Source of the DNA: Macrostomum lignano
Lineage: Eukaryota
DNA length: 64,000 bases
Assembly (NCBI GenBank): GCA_002269645.1
Contig: NIVC01003158.1
Coordinates: 1 to 64,000, forward strand
Direction: 5' to 3'
Shown here: positions 32,121 to 46,610 of the stretch, one piece after another
Position numbering within the stretch: position 1 is the stretch's first letter
How the letters are laid out: each line of letters starts with the position of its first letter
Made by a program: the position numbers and the translations under genes
Notes under the pieces: model-generated
Seen by the model: the letters and a program-made list of their open reading frames with translations, nothing else
Databases searched by the model: none
What the model was told of the DNA's origin: nothing

Positions 32121-34367
32121 TTGAATATAATAGTTACTAAGGATTACAAACCCTTTAAAATTAAATTATAGTCAGATTAGTATTGACAATACTTGCTTTC
32201 TATATTTATTAAAAATAAAAAACGTGAAAATGTTGAAAAAGAGCATAGAAATTTAACAAAAACAGGATTTTAAAAAAATGTATCAATAGTGGCACTAATT
32301 GAACTTTAAAGTGCAGATAGCAAACAATGCATTAACCAAGAGTGCTTAGCCAAGTTACCCAGCTTCAAATTTGGGCTATGATTTAAAATGCTATGTGTGA
32401 TCACCCTCATACATGCACAACCTTGGAAATCACCCAGCCATTTCTATTGGCAACATACACATGTAAGTTGCTATTGGCTGAGAGCAGTCATGTCAATTTC
32501 TATTTTTTCCAATAGAAATGGCTGGGTGAATCCCTAGGTTGTGCTCAAGCGTGATCACCCTTGTACATATATATTAATATGAATAAAATTGGTCTATTCA
32601 CTGTAACTTTTATAATGATCTAATTTGCTAGTGATCTAGGCCTAAAAAAGTAAAAAAAAACTTTTTTTAATACTTCACCTGAGTCAAAGTGAGCTTGTCA
32701 AAAGTCAAAAGTTTTAGGTTTTCTTATGCTTCTGTCTCCTTCTCTTTGACAATGTCATCAATTGTCTATGCTTCTAATCACTTAATGAAGCAAAAGCTAA
32801 AGATTAGTTTTTTATCTTTAACCTTCAAAGCAGATGTTTATTTCTAATTCACTGATATTTTCAGTTATCAAAAAGATAATAAACATTTGATCGTTTTAGG
32901 CATTTCACAAAAAAAAAGGGCTACTTATCTTTACTAATATAATTTGATCTTGATATCTTTAGATGGTCTTTTCATTAGATTAGAATATTAGAGTCTAGGC
33001 TTGATTCATGTATGATAATCAACAAAGCTTTGATTCTATACTAATATAGGCCCCTTATATATATTTATATACCTAATAGGCCTCTACCCTATTCTTAGGC
33101 CTAGGCCCTATAATTCTTCAAAATAAATAAGGCTTAATATACATCATTAAACAACTAATAAATAGGCCTACATATAGAATTGCTCAGCCCTAGCTAGGCT
33201 AGAACTTTTGGACTGCTGCCAATTCATAAGCTGAACTAATTAAAACTTGAAACGTATAATTGTTTTTATTTTTTCAGCAGGTTTTTAGTCTATTTCACTT
33301 TACTTCTTTTTTCAACAATAGGCTACATTAAAGCAATGGAAATTAACTAGGCTAGGCCTATACTGAGTCGCCTTTCTGATTGTCACATTTTTGATCTGTC
33401 ACTCTCCCCTTGCCCTTTACATATAGGCTACCCTTCCTTGGCTTTATATCATATGGCTCTGGCTGTAAGATAAAAGATAGGCCCTTTTGCTATTACGCCT
33501 AGTATTAGGCCTTAGTTTAGCACAAATTAGACCTATCACACAACCTGATTGCAAAATTTTGTATTTTCTCATTTTACCCAATAAATAGTAACACCCCTAT
33601 CTATAGTGGAGATGCAGACTTAGGCCTTTCTAATCTAGTAAAAAAAGCATTGTGTATTTCATCGTTATTGTAGAAATGTTTAGAATAATCATTCTAAAGA
33701 CAAAGTATCACATAATGTTTTTCAAAGCCTAAAAATATCAGGGCTAAAAATGTTAGGCCTATATAGTATATTTGACATGCATAGTAAAAAGGGTCATTAA
33801 AATTTTGGCATGCTTGGCGTGCATTACAACAGTTGAGTAAATGTTGGCGTGCTTGTCGTGAATTAGTAGCTTTGCTCATCTTCGATTCCGGCATCTGCCT
33901 AGAGCTGCCTCTGGCCTCTGCCACCATCCTGAGCATGGGGCCTTTGGTATTTAGGAAAATTTAGGCTAGCTATGTAGCTATACCTTATCTTTTCTTCTCA
34001 AAAAGTCTTTCGTCTGCCCGCAGACGAAAGGGCGGCAGACGAAATGTACGCGCATGGATGGAAAAACCGTTAAAATAAAAAGTAATCGTGATTGAATTTA
34101 AAGTAACTTAAAAAATATACTAAACTTCCCGCGTTTTGAGTAAGATGCTAATTATAAGTAGTTATGATTAATAATAAAAAGTCTACATTTTTATTAGGTT
34201 AATGCAGTGTAGTTTTTTAAAAATAATAAATTATCATATTAATCATGCCTTCGCGTCACCGCGTCACTGACTTGACTGTCAAGCCACACTTTTAAAGTCG
34301 TCCTTGACTTTTAGATAATGCTACTACAGTTAATGTAACTAGTAATAAGCTGAACCATTAAACAAAG

Positions 34368-37300
34368 ATGGCACCTAAGGCTAAGGCCGATAGCACGACA
34401 GGTAAGCTATCATTTATTTTGAGTACACTAGTCATAGACTAAACATTCTAGTCCTAGAGCAGAGCATCCTAGACTAGATAAATTAAAGTAACCGTAGGCC
34501 TAACTAAATGTTAATGAAACTATTTTATAAAGCGCCAGTTAAAGATCGACACAAATAGTCGGCCATAAAGATTTGTATGACTTCGAGGGGTTCGAGCCAG
34601 GCAAGGGCTAGGCCTACTTATGGTCTGTCCTAATGTGGTTGGCATTGTTATAATTCTACATGCTTTAGCAACATAAATTATTAAGTTTATTTGCTAGTTT
34701 TCACTTGTTTTAATTTTTAAATTATTTAGCACATAAAGGGGCCTAATGAATTTTAGTCTTAATACAGTCAACTAGGCCTAGGCCTAGTCACCCCATAGTC
34801 AAGAAGGTGGCCTTTTTCGTCGAAAATTCCGGCGTGCATAGGCATAGCCAAAGATATTCGGCGTACATTCGGCGTACATTTGGTCTGCCTTGCAACAGTT
34901 GGCGTACATTCAGCATATGCCATGTACGCCGCAAATATGTGGCATGATATGGGATATAAGGTTGGCATATGAGGCAGTGCTAATTCTCTATTATGTCTAC
35001 CGTATATTCTTATTCAAATCTCTGCCAAAACTTTAGGGTAATTTAAAATGGTCATTTTAATTTTAACATCTTCAGTTAAACAAATTAAAAAAGACTAAAC
35101 TTGTTGGTATAGTACAGCAACCAAACTTGTCAAATATTCGTTGCAACGGAAGGTTTTTACTTCATTATAATACACCATACAGGTTGTGACGTCGACAATG
35201 TTACGGTAGGGCCTATATTCGGCGTGCATTACGGTATATTCGGCGTACATATGGTTACATTTGGCGTACATAGGTAGCCTTGCCCGAATTTCATTCCGGC
35301 GTACACATGCCACCTTCCTGACTATGGTAGTCACCTATTGTCCAGAGGGTGTCCTGTATGCCAGAATTTTCTGGCATATATTAGCCCTTTAAAGTTGATT
35401 GCCATAGTTCAGAAGGCAACATATAGGCCTGCACCAGGATTTCCCAGCATACAACAAGGGTCTTATCATTTTTAGTGTACACCAGGGTATATCCCGATAT
35501 ACATGATGAAGCGGATAGGCCTACATTGTGTCAAATGACAATTTTTTTAGTGGCAGACAAACCCAATATACAAACAAGGTCTTGGCATATTTGGCATTAA
35601 ACTAGGCATATTATTACCATAGTCTGGATCATGGCAGGCATATACCTGAATGAACATTTATGTTTTTTCAATTTAATACCAACTTTAAAACATTTTATGC
35701 TAAGACTAAAATTGTTTGTATTGTATGCCATTTTTTAACAAATATATATTTTTAGGAATTTTAAATTTTTACTAAACTTTGAAACAGCTGTTTTTTTGCT
35801 AAAAACTGATATTATTTATTTTAATTTTGATTTTCTCATGATTGTGTTAATATTTTCTAGTTTAGTTTCCAATTATTTTTAAAGAGCTTTTGATATTGGT
35901 TGATATTTAACTATATAATTACGGGTACCAGTCGTTTCGGTGACAAGACGTTTCGGTGACAGACGTTTCGGTGACAAATAGTCGTTTCGGTGACAAGTTG
36001 CAAATGTGATAGAGGCTCATTCCATATAAGCATGGTCATAACATGACAGGTTATTTTTACTTATAAAATGAAATCTAATAATAGAATATACTAAACCAAT
36101 ATTTTAAATGAAAGATTATTTTGTCTAGAATATATTTATATAGTTTCATATAGATATCATCATTAGTATAGATGCTATTAAACCTTAAATGACACTTATG
36201 GTCGTAACGACAGGATTTTTGACATATAGAAACTAATAGGTAAAAGTCTTATAACATTTTTCATTTTTGATATTTTGCAATACATTTTTAAAATTTGACT
36301 AAGAACATCTTTAGAAATCATACTCTTTTATTAGAATATATAAACTCAAAAGGCAACAAAGATACAAAAGAAAAGGCAGCCTTATGGTCGTAACATTATG
36401 GTTGTAACATATTTTTTTCTGTCAATTCTGTCTATACTTTTATCTATAGTTTGTTTCAACCTTCAAAAGCTTTCTATTTGTTTTTAAAAGGTACAAAATC
36501 TTAATGATGTCTTTTGCTTTGAAAAATGTCCAAATGACTTTTTGCCAATTGATAACATACTAATCCAACATTTTACCATTCCTTTATTCTTAGATTGTAT
36601 AAATTGCACAATATAAACATTTGGTAAAAAAATAGGCTAATTAGGCAATGGCAAGCAAAAATATTGACTTTTTTCTATTTTCCAAATATGTCCATCTTAT
36701 ATGGAATGAGCCTAGACACACTTCATTTTCAATGAAAAATCAAAGATTTATCATGAGTAGGCCTATTGTTATTTTAGTGATAAGAGGTGTTTCATAATAT
36801 TCGGTTGTAGTTATTTTGTTAAGATTTATGTTTCGTAATATATTTTCGTCGTTTCGTCGAAAGAATATATTTAAGAAAAGAAAGCAAACTAATTATATTG
36901 TTTTCTTCCTGTGCAGATCGTTTTGAATTGTCCCAGAGTGTTCAGACACATAAACCATAAACCTAGAAAGAATCCTCATGAAATGCAGACCACGAGAAAG
37001 GCGGAGATATTCACTTGTCAACGCTTTTGTATGTTTAAATTGGAAAACAATTCAAAAGACCACAACTCTATAATTGTAAATAAACAAAATTAAATATAGA
37101 AATACTTAACTGTTTAAAAAATATAAAATTTTAGGCTCAATATCCCTTAAGATTTTCTAAGTAATTTTTTGTTTAAAAACAGAATGGCTATAACTAAAAT
37201 TGTATTTTTCTTGTCACCGAAATGACTTTTGCTTGTCACCGAAAGGACTGTCACCGAAATGTCTTGTCACCGAAACGATTGTAATCCATAATTACATTAG

Positions 37301-40300
37301 GCCTAGCCTTGAACTTGGCTTTTTTGTATGCTGACTATATACACTTCATGTTGAACCTGGAAATTCTATATACCAAGTGTATGCCAAGATTGTTAGTAAG
37401 ACCAAAAATACTCCAGAAAATTCTGGCATAAAGGCCACTTTCCAGACTATGGCATTGATATACAATCTAAACTATAGGTTTATTATTATGCATATTTGGC
37501 ATGACATGCTTGAAGAATAAAGTTAAATCTTAACAAGTTGTATTTGGTATACAAAAAGTGGTAGGGGCCTATATAAAGCTATTTGAAAATAGGTGCAAGT
37601 GTCTTCTATACCTTTTTATATTCAATTTGATCAAATTCCAGTTTTAAAAAACTAGCAGAAAGTTGATTCAGACATTTCAGACTGGGGCAACACTTATAGA
37701 AAATCAATAAAAACAAACATTAGTTTAAAACAGACAGCCATTTCAAATTGAAATTCAATTCAAACATTGTCTTTTTGTCTAATGGTTAAATCTTGCTTTA
37801 GTGACAGAATGAAGAGCATCAATACAACCAGATATCAATTAAAAGAAACAGACTAATAACAGTAGAGTATATTTTAAACTTAAACATGCAATATATATAA
37901 TTGCAATTCACATTGAATGCATAGCAAAGCAAAGTTATCTTTGTAAAAAAAACCTGAAGAAATAATTGGCAAATGCTGCCTGGATAAAAATAGCATGCTA
38001 TTACAAAGTGAAAGAAAGCAAAAAATAATTTTAAGCCAGTTTGTTTGAATTTGTTTGACTTTATTGGATATAATAAAGTTACCCATCAATGTGTTGGCAA
38101 GCGAGGTACTAAGGAATATATGTGAACATATGATTATACTAGGCAGTGCACTTTTTGATGGTGATGCAGTCAAATGTTTGATTAATTTTGCCTACAAAGG
38201 TATCTTGCCTATGGGCAATTAGCATCTGACCTCTGAGTTGTTCAATAGTTGGCACAATGAATAGTTGCTGCAATGGCTACAACTTGCACTTTAAGCATGA
38301 TATGGCATTTTCTACAAGCATGAAGAAAGGGCTATATGGCAATAGGCACTTGATTTTGATATTGCCTAGCATCTTGTAATCTTCATTTCAGCATTGTTAT
38401 AAGATGAAACATTATTGATGACAAATTTTCAATTTAGTCCAGGGCATGTTGCTTGAAAGTTACCAATGGTGATATGCAAGAATTCTCCAAACCTTTCTTT
38501 GGTCATTCCCCCTTGTAAGTCTGGAAACTCTGATTGCAGGGCTAATAGCTAAGCAAATGGTGATGCATAATCTTTTTTGCAAACCAATGTGTCTGTAGAC
38601 ACTCTCTGTGCCATGCTCTACCTTGTGCTTGTTGCAGCCAAGATCTTATGAGTTGCAACAACTTCTACTGAACAAAGCCAATCACAGAACTCCACGCGCG
38701 TGTCAACCACCTGTGGTTGATTTTGTCCAGCTGGAAGCTCCTAGGCTAACTTGGTAGTGAATGAAGCTCAATTTAACTTTTGCTAATAGTTTTATCTGTT
38801 ACTTGTGGTTTGATTGGAAAGTTTTGACAAAGATTAGTATTTAACTACTTTACTATAATTAGGAGATTCACTTCCACTTGAACTTTGATAAATGTTTTCA
38901 TTTCTTGATTCAACTTTTTTTGTTTTGCACCTCTTTTTGGTTGCTTCTCTAGCCTTCCAGATTGTATAATTGTATATGCCATGGTTCTTTTTATGCCAAG
39001 TCTGCAAAGCCACTCATAGTATATATCCTAAATTTTGGGGGTATGTGCATTCTCACTCAATTTTTATATACATTTGTAACTATTCAATTTTTGTTCAGGC
39101 ATACACCCAGCATGATCTAGACTATATGAAAAAGGTAGCAGTTAAGAGGTGATGGGAGTGTGAATAAAAAACCAATATATTAATTGAATATAATTGAATT
39201 TTGTGTGATTGCAATTTGTAAAGAAGTAATAGACAGCATTTATTTTATAATATACATTTAAATGTCAAATTTAATAATAGAAAAGGTCTTGATTGTTAGA
39301 ATATAAAAATGTATTTTATTAATATTGTTGTAACACAAAAGTAAGATTGTATGATTTTGAAATTTTAGCATGATATCATTGATATGACAAAGTTGTATTT
39401 CCAATTTTTGCATACTTGGTGTACACCAAAATTTTGCCCAAAAAACTCTGGCATACACTAGACACCTTGACTAGGCCCCTATGGCTAGTCACTTAGGTCA
39501 TGTCTCATTAATTTATTAAATATTTTAGTCTCAAAATAGTTCATCCTAAGATCATTTTTGCCATAAAATTCAAGCAATTAAAAAGTCTTTATACAAGTTT
39601 TAGTAATTTTGTAATTGGAACTTTTTTGTATTATGAGGTTTTGTAAAATACCTTTTGTTGACCATAAATGTCAATTAGATAAGCCAGATAGGCTAATAGT
39701 TATATTATATATAGTCCTATATAAATCCAATCATACTCTTATAGCTAAGCTAGCATGGCTCATGGCTGAAATTGCTAAAATCTTATAGCTTAGATGAAGG
39801 TGTTAAGATGTCTAGATTCATATACAATTGTTAATATGATGAGAATTTTATAAAGGGATTTCTGGGTCTAGGATTTTAAAGCTTATAAGAAGGCTGTTTA
39901 AATGATATTGCTTAAAAATTTTGAGCCAAAGCTTATAGAGGATTATATAGAATGTATGTAAAAAGACCACTAATCCTACTGGGATGCAACTCCGACATTT
40001 CGCAAGCTGTTGATTTGATTTTGGACCAAAATTAATATAAAATTTAGTTTTGGGCCAACTTTAAACCATTTAGGACAATTTTTGTCATCCAGAAAGTTGT
40101 CTGGCTGTTTGAGATTTTTTGTACCAATTTTTGCACAACAGAAATCCAATTTTTACCATTATTGTGTCAGACGAAAGTCAGCTTGCTGTCTAAGATTTTT
40201 TTGTACCAATTTTTGAATGACTGAAACCGGATTTTTACCTTTACTGTGTTAGATGAAAGTTGGCTTACTGTCTGAGATTTTTTGTACCAATTTTTGCACG

Positions 40301-42487
40301 ACTAAAACCTGATTTTTCAAACATTTATTAGATTTGAAAGATTTATTAAACATAAATGTAATTTTAGTAATATTAAAACTTATGGCAGAAATTTTTGTTG
40401 AAATTTATTGTAAAAAGTCCATCTGGATAAGGTGCTTTCGTAGAAATCAGGTGCTAGAAAAATTGTACTCAAGCCTAAGCTGCCTGGCAGCTATTAGATT
40501 ATATTAGATTAGAGGATTACATACATTTAGACTATAGATAAGAGACAAAAGATAAAATTGGATATATAGGACCAATGAATTCAGAATGGTAAGGTGATAT
40601 CAAGGAGTATAGACTAGCAATAAGATTAGATACTAAGACCAAAGACATGATTTAACTCTCATGGTTAGCACTTATGTGCCATATAGGTGGTTGCCAATTG
40701 TATTGTAATGTAGCTCGTATAAATAAACATATAAAATAATATACTCTACCATTTGCAAATGGTACTCTACTGTCCATGGAGACAGTTTAATATACTGCAT
40801 ACTTGAGATAAGAAATTGAGCGTGTAACTGAGTGCAGCTTTCAGTGCATTTCTATTGATTCGAAAGAAATAAAGTTTAGGGCTTAAAGTCAAACCAATTG
40901 CTGTCGATGAGAATCATTGAAAATTGGCCCTACCAAATTGGGAAAAAATAGGCTTAAAGTTAAACCGATCGCTGTTGATGAGAATTGTTGAAAACAGTTT
41001 TTTAGTAGTTTTTTTACTAGTAGGTTTTTTATCTACTAGTAAAGTGACAGATGAATGTTGGAGTTATTTCGAGCAAAAGTCTGAGTTCTCATTATGGTTG
41101 GCACCAAAAATTGGCAAGTCAGCGACAAATTCAGTTCGATTTTGAGGGATTGAATAGACAAAATAGGGCTAATGTTAGGTTAAAGATAAATTTTGAATCG
41201 TTTTTCCTCCATTTTTATTGTTGGAAGTTGGACAAAGATAAAAATCGTAGATAAATCATGTTGTTTTGTGTTGGTCGACCGTCGGGCTAAAATCTGAGTT
41301 GCATCCCAGCGGGATTTGTTTGAATAGATAGCTGGCATTTAAGACAGATGCTTTTTGTTTTAAACTTGTTTTTAATTTATAGAGTATGTTTTATTATTAT
41401 ATGACAAAGGTTCATATAATATAGGTTCATATTTCTTTATAAGAAATGTTTTACTTAAAAAAATGATAAAATTTCAATCTGTTGACATTGTTTTAGTAAC
41501 AATAATAAACATTTTGAAATAGATTTAAATAGCTCAGTAACATATATGTTATATTTGAATGTTTTTAATTGTGTATCTACACCATATATTAATACTATTG
41601 GATAATAATAATTGATTACACTTGCCTAATAGGCAGATATGCAAATGACAGCTCAGCCACAGCTATTGCAGGGCACATCTGAAGGCTGCATATGGCTATT
41701 TAGTCCAAGGACTAGAGAAGGGGGTTGCCACACACTCAATTACCCCAGCTAAATACTGGTTCCCATTTTTACAGCAGGGTGAACTGAAGCAATGCAGAGT
41801 TAAGTGTCTTGCTTTAGGACACAAATTGTTCCAAGTTGGTTGAGAATCGAACTTCCAACCTCACAACATCAGTTGTGAATCTGACACTCTAACAAACCCT
41901 GTATCCAAAACAAATGGCATATAAATGAATATTTTACCTGCATAGCATAGTATGGCATTCTCATATGCTGCACATTCTTAAGGGTATTTATTACCAATCT
42001 GACTACTTTTGGAGTACTATAAATCAAGTTTTCTTAAATTCAGTTATAAACCTTTTCTATACCCGCAGTGACAAAGGCGCTCAAGGCCAAAGGCCAGCAG
42101 TTAAAAGGGGCGCAGCAGCTGCGTAAGCGGAAGATCCGGGCCTCGCCGCGGTTTAAGCGGCCAGACACCTACCGCCCGCCCCGCACCCCCAAGTACGCGC
42201 GCCGCTCACTGCCCCGCCGCAACTCGCTTGACGCATTTAAGATAATGCAATACCCGCTGACCACCGAGTCTTCAATGAAGAAGATCGAAGAGCAGAACAC
42301 CCTTGTGTTCATCGTTGACAAGCGGTCCAGCAAACCACTGATCAAGGACGCGGTGAAAAGGCTATATGACATTCAGGCCAGCAAGGTGAACACCTTGATC
42401 CGGCCGGACGGCCTGAAGAAGGCCTATGTAAAGTTAAGCGCAGAGCACGACGCGCTTGACGTGGCCAATAAGATTGGCATCATCTGA
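34368..42487 (+). CDS. RPL23A: 60S ribosomal protein L23a (uL23); exons 34368..34401 and 42069..42487, 7,667-nt intron
   Basis: Exon 1 [12 protein letters not shown]|GTAAGC; acceptor CCGCAG|TG gives Val in frame; exon 2 has [51 protein letters not shown]. Confidence 0.93.
34793..35327. mobile_element. 535-bp MITE with an 8-bp TSD (TAGTCACC), hAT/P-like
   Basis: TIR CCATAGTCAAGAAGGTGGC / GCCACCTTCCTGACTATGG; TSD at 34785-34792 and 35328-35335. Confidence 0.8.
35922..37288. mobile_element. 1.37-kb non-autonomous DNA transposon with subterminal TTTCGGTGACA repeats, flanked by TAATTA
   Basis: Four TTTCGGTGAC repeats at the left end mirrored by GTCACCGAAA repeats at the right end; TAATTA at 35916-35921 and 37289-37294. 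Confidence 0.75.
36014..36712. mobile_element. 699-bp MITE nested in the previous element; TSD TAGA
   Basis: TIR GGCTCATTCCATATAAG / CTTATATGGAATGAGCC with TAGA on both sides. Confidence 0.75.
41650..41890 (-). mobile_element. tRNA-headed SINE with conserved central domain (degenerate)
   Basis: B-box-like AGTTCGATTC on the minus strand plus the widespread core ...GGTTCCCATTTTTACAGCAGGGTGAACTGAAGCAATG...AAGTGTCTTGC...GGACACAA. Confidence 0.5.
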
Positions 42488-43299
42488 GCTCATATAGCTT
42501 GGCATGATCAGAATTTCAGGATTTAAACTGGCTTAAATGCTTGAATAAACTGAAATTGATAAAAATTAAACTGTTCGCTCTATTGCTGCTAGTTGGATAA
42601 ATTGCATTGGCTTCAGAATAGGTTATTTCTCTTATTTATTAACGCAACATTTGAGGCGACTCATTCGGCCACTGTACTTTTCGACTAGGAAAAATTCGTC
42701 TTTCCCATTATGCATTTCTTGAAATACGACTCCGGGTTTGGATCGAATCAAAGATCGCACCGCCGGCGCCGACCGAAACCGAGGCACCGGCTACCAACGT
42801 TAGTCAGCAGGCTCGCAGTCAGTCAATAAACGCCTCTCATTGCTGCTCTGATGCCTGCAGCTGCTGTGGGCAGTAGACTGCGCGAATGCTTTGAATATAA
42901 TACAGTATATCTAAAGAAGTGAACTGCACAAGTGCCAGTGGGTTTGCATTTCTAAATAATTTTGTACTTGAATTTAGAAAATAAGTAAAAGCCAACGAAA
43001 TTTGTGATTGAAAAAGTCAGAGTGTATAGCAACGTGAAAGCCTTGGACTGGCTGCGAGAGTTTGTTACAGTACGAGTAGAAAGAACAGCTTTGAGGTATG
43101 ATGGTTTGTAGTGCTGTTCAGTAACAAGCGTTTGGAATAATTGTACAGAGTAGTGATACATTTGCCTATGCATCTAGATTTTTAATTCATGCCTGCATAA
43201 AATTCAACAAGTTCGGGAGTCATTAAAATTAACCGGAACCTCTTCTTCTATTTTACTTCCAACTTGTGTATCCATCATTGACCAACCCCCATCGTTCAC

Positions 43300-46200
43300 C
43301 TAGCTAACCTCTCCATCGTCGAACCACATCATTGACCCATCCATGAAAATTTCCAGTCAAGACGACCCTCCGCAAACAGTCCGTCACCAGGTCGCTTACT
43401 TGACCGCCACCGGGTTCGGCCGCAACGGTATCGCGCAGCTGCTCCCAGTCGTCCGGGCCGACTGGCTTGCGGAGCATTATTAGTTCGCCCACAGGCACTG
43501 GCTCGCCGCTCGGCCCCTGCTGCCAGTCCGTAAACAGCTTCATCCGGTCATATATGGTGGACTAACAGTCGGTGCCTGCAGCCGGTAGTTTATTGGGCCG
43601 ACCTTGACGATGGTATACGGACCGGGCCATCGGTTTGACAGCGTCTTGCACTGTCCGCGTTTTTAATCGCTTTGTGCTTTAGCATCACTCGTTTGCCGAT
43701 CTTGAACTTGATCGTCTCAGCTCTTCAGTTGTATAGAACTCGTGCTGTTACCTCTGAGCAGCGTGCAGGTGTGCTCGCACAACCTGGAAGCCGCGTCGGA
43801 TTCAGGCCTGCAGCTCCGCGAAGTCCTGCGGTGCTGGTCTTGCTTACCGAGCGCTAAATCGACCGGCAGTCTGAGCTTCAACCCCCGCAGTACCTTGTAC
43901 AGCGACTCGCCTGCGGAGCTGTGCGCAGCTGAGCTGTTGTAGGCCAACACGACATAGGGCAGCAGGGCGTACCAGCTTTGTCTGATTCTCCAATCAGAAG
44001 TCCGCTGAAACCATGTTTGCCATAAGCGTCCTGTCAAATCTCTTTACGTCTGAGGTGAAACGGTAAAGTCCGCGACTTTTCCACACAAAGCAGTGCGCAT
44101 GTCTGCTTAAAACTTCAGTCTCAAGCAGTGAAACTCGTGACCTCGGTCGGAGTGCAGGACCTCAGGAACATGCAACCACCGTAGCACAACGCTTGTCATC
44201 AGGGCTTTGACTACAGTCTAGAGACGTCGATTTGGCTGAGTTTCGCAGTCTTCAACCACTTTCAAAACGTATATGTATCGACGAAGCAGAGAGAATGTAA
44301 AATGCTTGCCTGACTCCCTGACTGACAAAAAGGACCCATGTAATTGTTGATGTCGAGCTGCACAACGGCCCAGGGCCTCGGCGTCAGGAAAGGCAGCAGC
44401 TTCTGAACCGCCACTTTCACTAATGCCGGAACTTGAAAATCCGGCTAGAGCTTTGCATGCAGAATCTGCTCCTGTTCTTGCTCCTCGGGCAGATTGGTGT
44501 CTGGAACTGTACTGCAGCTGCTCTACTGATTGTCCGGCAGGCTGTTCTCCTTGCCCGGTCAATACATGATCTCCAGCAGCGGTAACTCTTAGATGAGCTG
44601 CAGCCAAGGTACCAGCCGACCTGTAAGCTCCTTATAGTGTTGAGCTGGTGAATACCTGGATCGTGCTGTTGTTGCTCAGGTACATGCGAAACTGCTTCAA
44701 GGCTTCAACGATCGCGAGCAGCTCCCGGTCTGTAGTACTGTGGTTTCGTTCCGTCTTGTTTAGCGCCCGATGCATAGGCCACATGCATGGCCTTCACATT
44801 CCTGGCTGAGCACCGCACCCAATGCGACAGCACTGCTTACGTACATCACATGTATCGCAGCTGATAATAACGGACTTGCTAAGGTCGGGTAGCGGAAGAA
44901 CCGGAGCCTGGGTCAGCTTGTTCAGAGCCGCAGCATGTTCAGCTGTCCACACAAAACTACCGGTGCCTTAGTGAGCCAAATGGTGCAGCGGCTTGGCGAT
45001 ATCGGAGAAGTTGAGCACGAATTGACAATATAAGCTGAGCATGCCGATGATGCGCCGGACATCCTCCTCAGATTGAGGCCGGCATCTGCCTGATCGTCTC
45101 AACCTTCTCCGCAGCCGGTGCGATGCCGCTCTCAGAGACTTGGTCTCCCAGGTAAGTGACGCTCCGGTAATCAAGGAAGCTCTAGCCGGGATTCAGTTTC
45201 AGCTTGGCTGACCGCAGTCGTTGCAGCACATTGGACAGTGACTCAATGTGGCTCTCAAAATCCTTACTGAAAATGATCAAATCATCGATGTACGCTATGA
45301 CCTCTTCCCAGCTCAGGCCGGTCTTGATGAGCTCCATTTTTCGCTGGTACGTCGTGGGCGCGTTGCACATGCCGAAGCCCATTTTTCGGAATTGCATCAG
45401 CCCGCTCGGTGTGTGGAACGCAGCGTCAACAGCCGATCCTCCTCACTTGAAGGAAGCATTGGCGCACGACGATCGTGAAGAACCAAGAGCAGCCAGCCAA
45501 GGAATCGAGAGCATGCAAATGCGGCAGCGGAATGGCATCCTTCCCGGTCAGGTTGTTCAGCGCTCGCGAGTCAACGCAGACACGGTTGTTGTTATTTTTT
45601 TCTGACAATCATCAGGTTGTTGACCCACGGGCTAGTAAAAGGTTCGATAACGGCTGGTTGAAGATGATCTGGTCCGGCTGTTTCTGTTATTCTAACTCTG
45701 CTAACACTGAGCTGCGCGGTGTCCCAGCTGGCGTCAGTAAAAACAAGCGCCTCCTCGATGTGGGCGTCGACTTCGAGTGTCTGTTCCTGACTGCACACTG
45801 ACCCTTGCGATAAGCTCCTTCATGAGCCTCTCGGTCGTCGGTAAAATGGGTCGTCGGGTGGTCTTTCTGCTGAAGTAGCGCTGATGGAACTGACGCGACT
45901 GACTGTCGCCACGATAGCTCCTCGAGCCGAGCCGCCCGCTGCAGCAGACTCTCCAAACTACAGGTCTCTGCGTCCTCTGCCTTGAGTAGGTTGTCACGGA
46001 TGTCAGTCTTAATTAGATGCACAAGCTTAAAGTGTACGTCCCAGTCTTGCTGATTTACAGAATCTTTCGGCCTTGCCTTATGATGAAGCAGCTTAAGGTT
46101 GAAACAGAGCTCACAAAGAGTCTCAGTGACTCCTCGCTTTCTCGAATAGAAGTCATTCATAGTCTTGAAGCTGTCGGATTCACCTCCAATAGAACGTTGT

Positions 46201-46470
46201 GAGGTCCGCTTTGATGTTCTTGAAGCTCTTCCGTCTTCTCTCATCGAGGTCCCAGACGTCCTGCTGGGCTTCTCCAGTTGCAGCAGCTTCAATTTCGACG
46301 CAGAAGTCTTGTCGTTATATTTCGAATCCTCAGAAAATTCTTCGAAGATACGCAGCCATTTTCTTACGTCAGTGCCGTCCGAGCCACTAAACTGGCAGTA
46401 AAAGAGCGTTCTGGGCCATTAGCTAGTGCACTACGAGCGTATAGCGTGGAACTATCGCTGCGACCAATGT
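43300..46470 (-). mobile_element. Decayed Ty3/Gypsy LTR retrotransposon (gag, RT, RNase H, integrase remnants)
   Basis: RT FRKMGFGMCNAPTTYQR...IAYIDDLIIFS; RNase H-like TDRELLAIVEAL; integrase LPYVVLAYNSSAAHS; many stops and frameshifts; paired LTRs not found. Confidence 0.8.
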
Positions 46471-46514
46471 AAGAGCCGAGAATATTAAGACAAAGTAAAA
46501 GAAGTACAGGACGA

Positions 46515-46610
46515 ACAGGGAGTGAGGTGGGTGCAGGAGGGGGTTGGAGGAACAGGGAGTGAGGTGGGTGAAGGAGGGGGTTGGAGGAACAGGTAGTGAG
46601 GTGGGTGCAT
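46515..46610. repeat. Short direct repeat, ~3 copies of 36 bp (GGAACAGGGAGTGAGGTGGGTG...)
   Basis: Read directly. Confidence 0.7.

Noticed and set aside
34402-42068. Intronic snoRNAs in RPL23A
   Set aside because: No convincing C/D or H/ACA structure seen by eye; a covariance-model scan is required.
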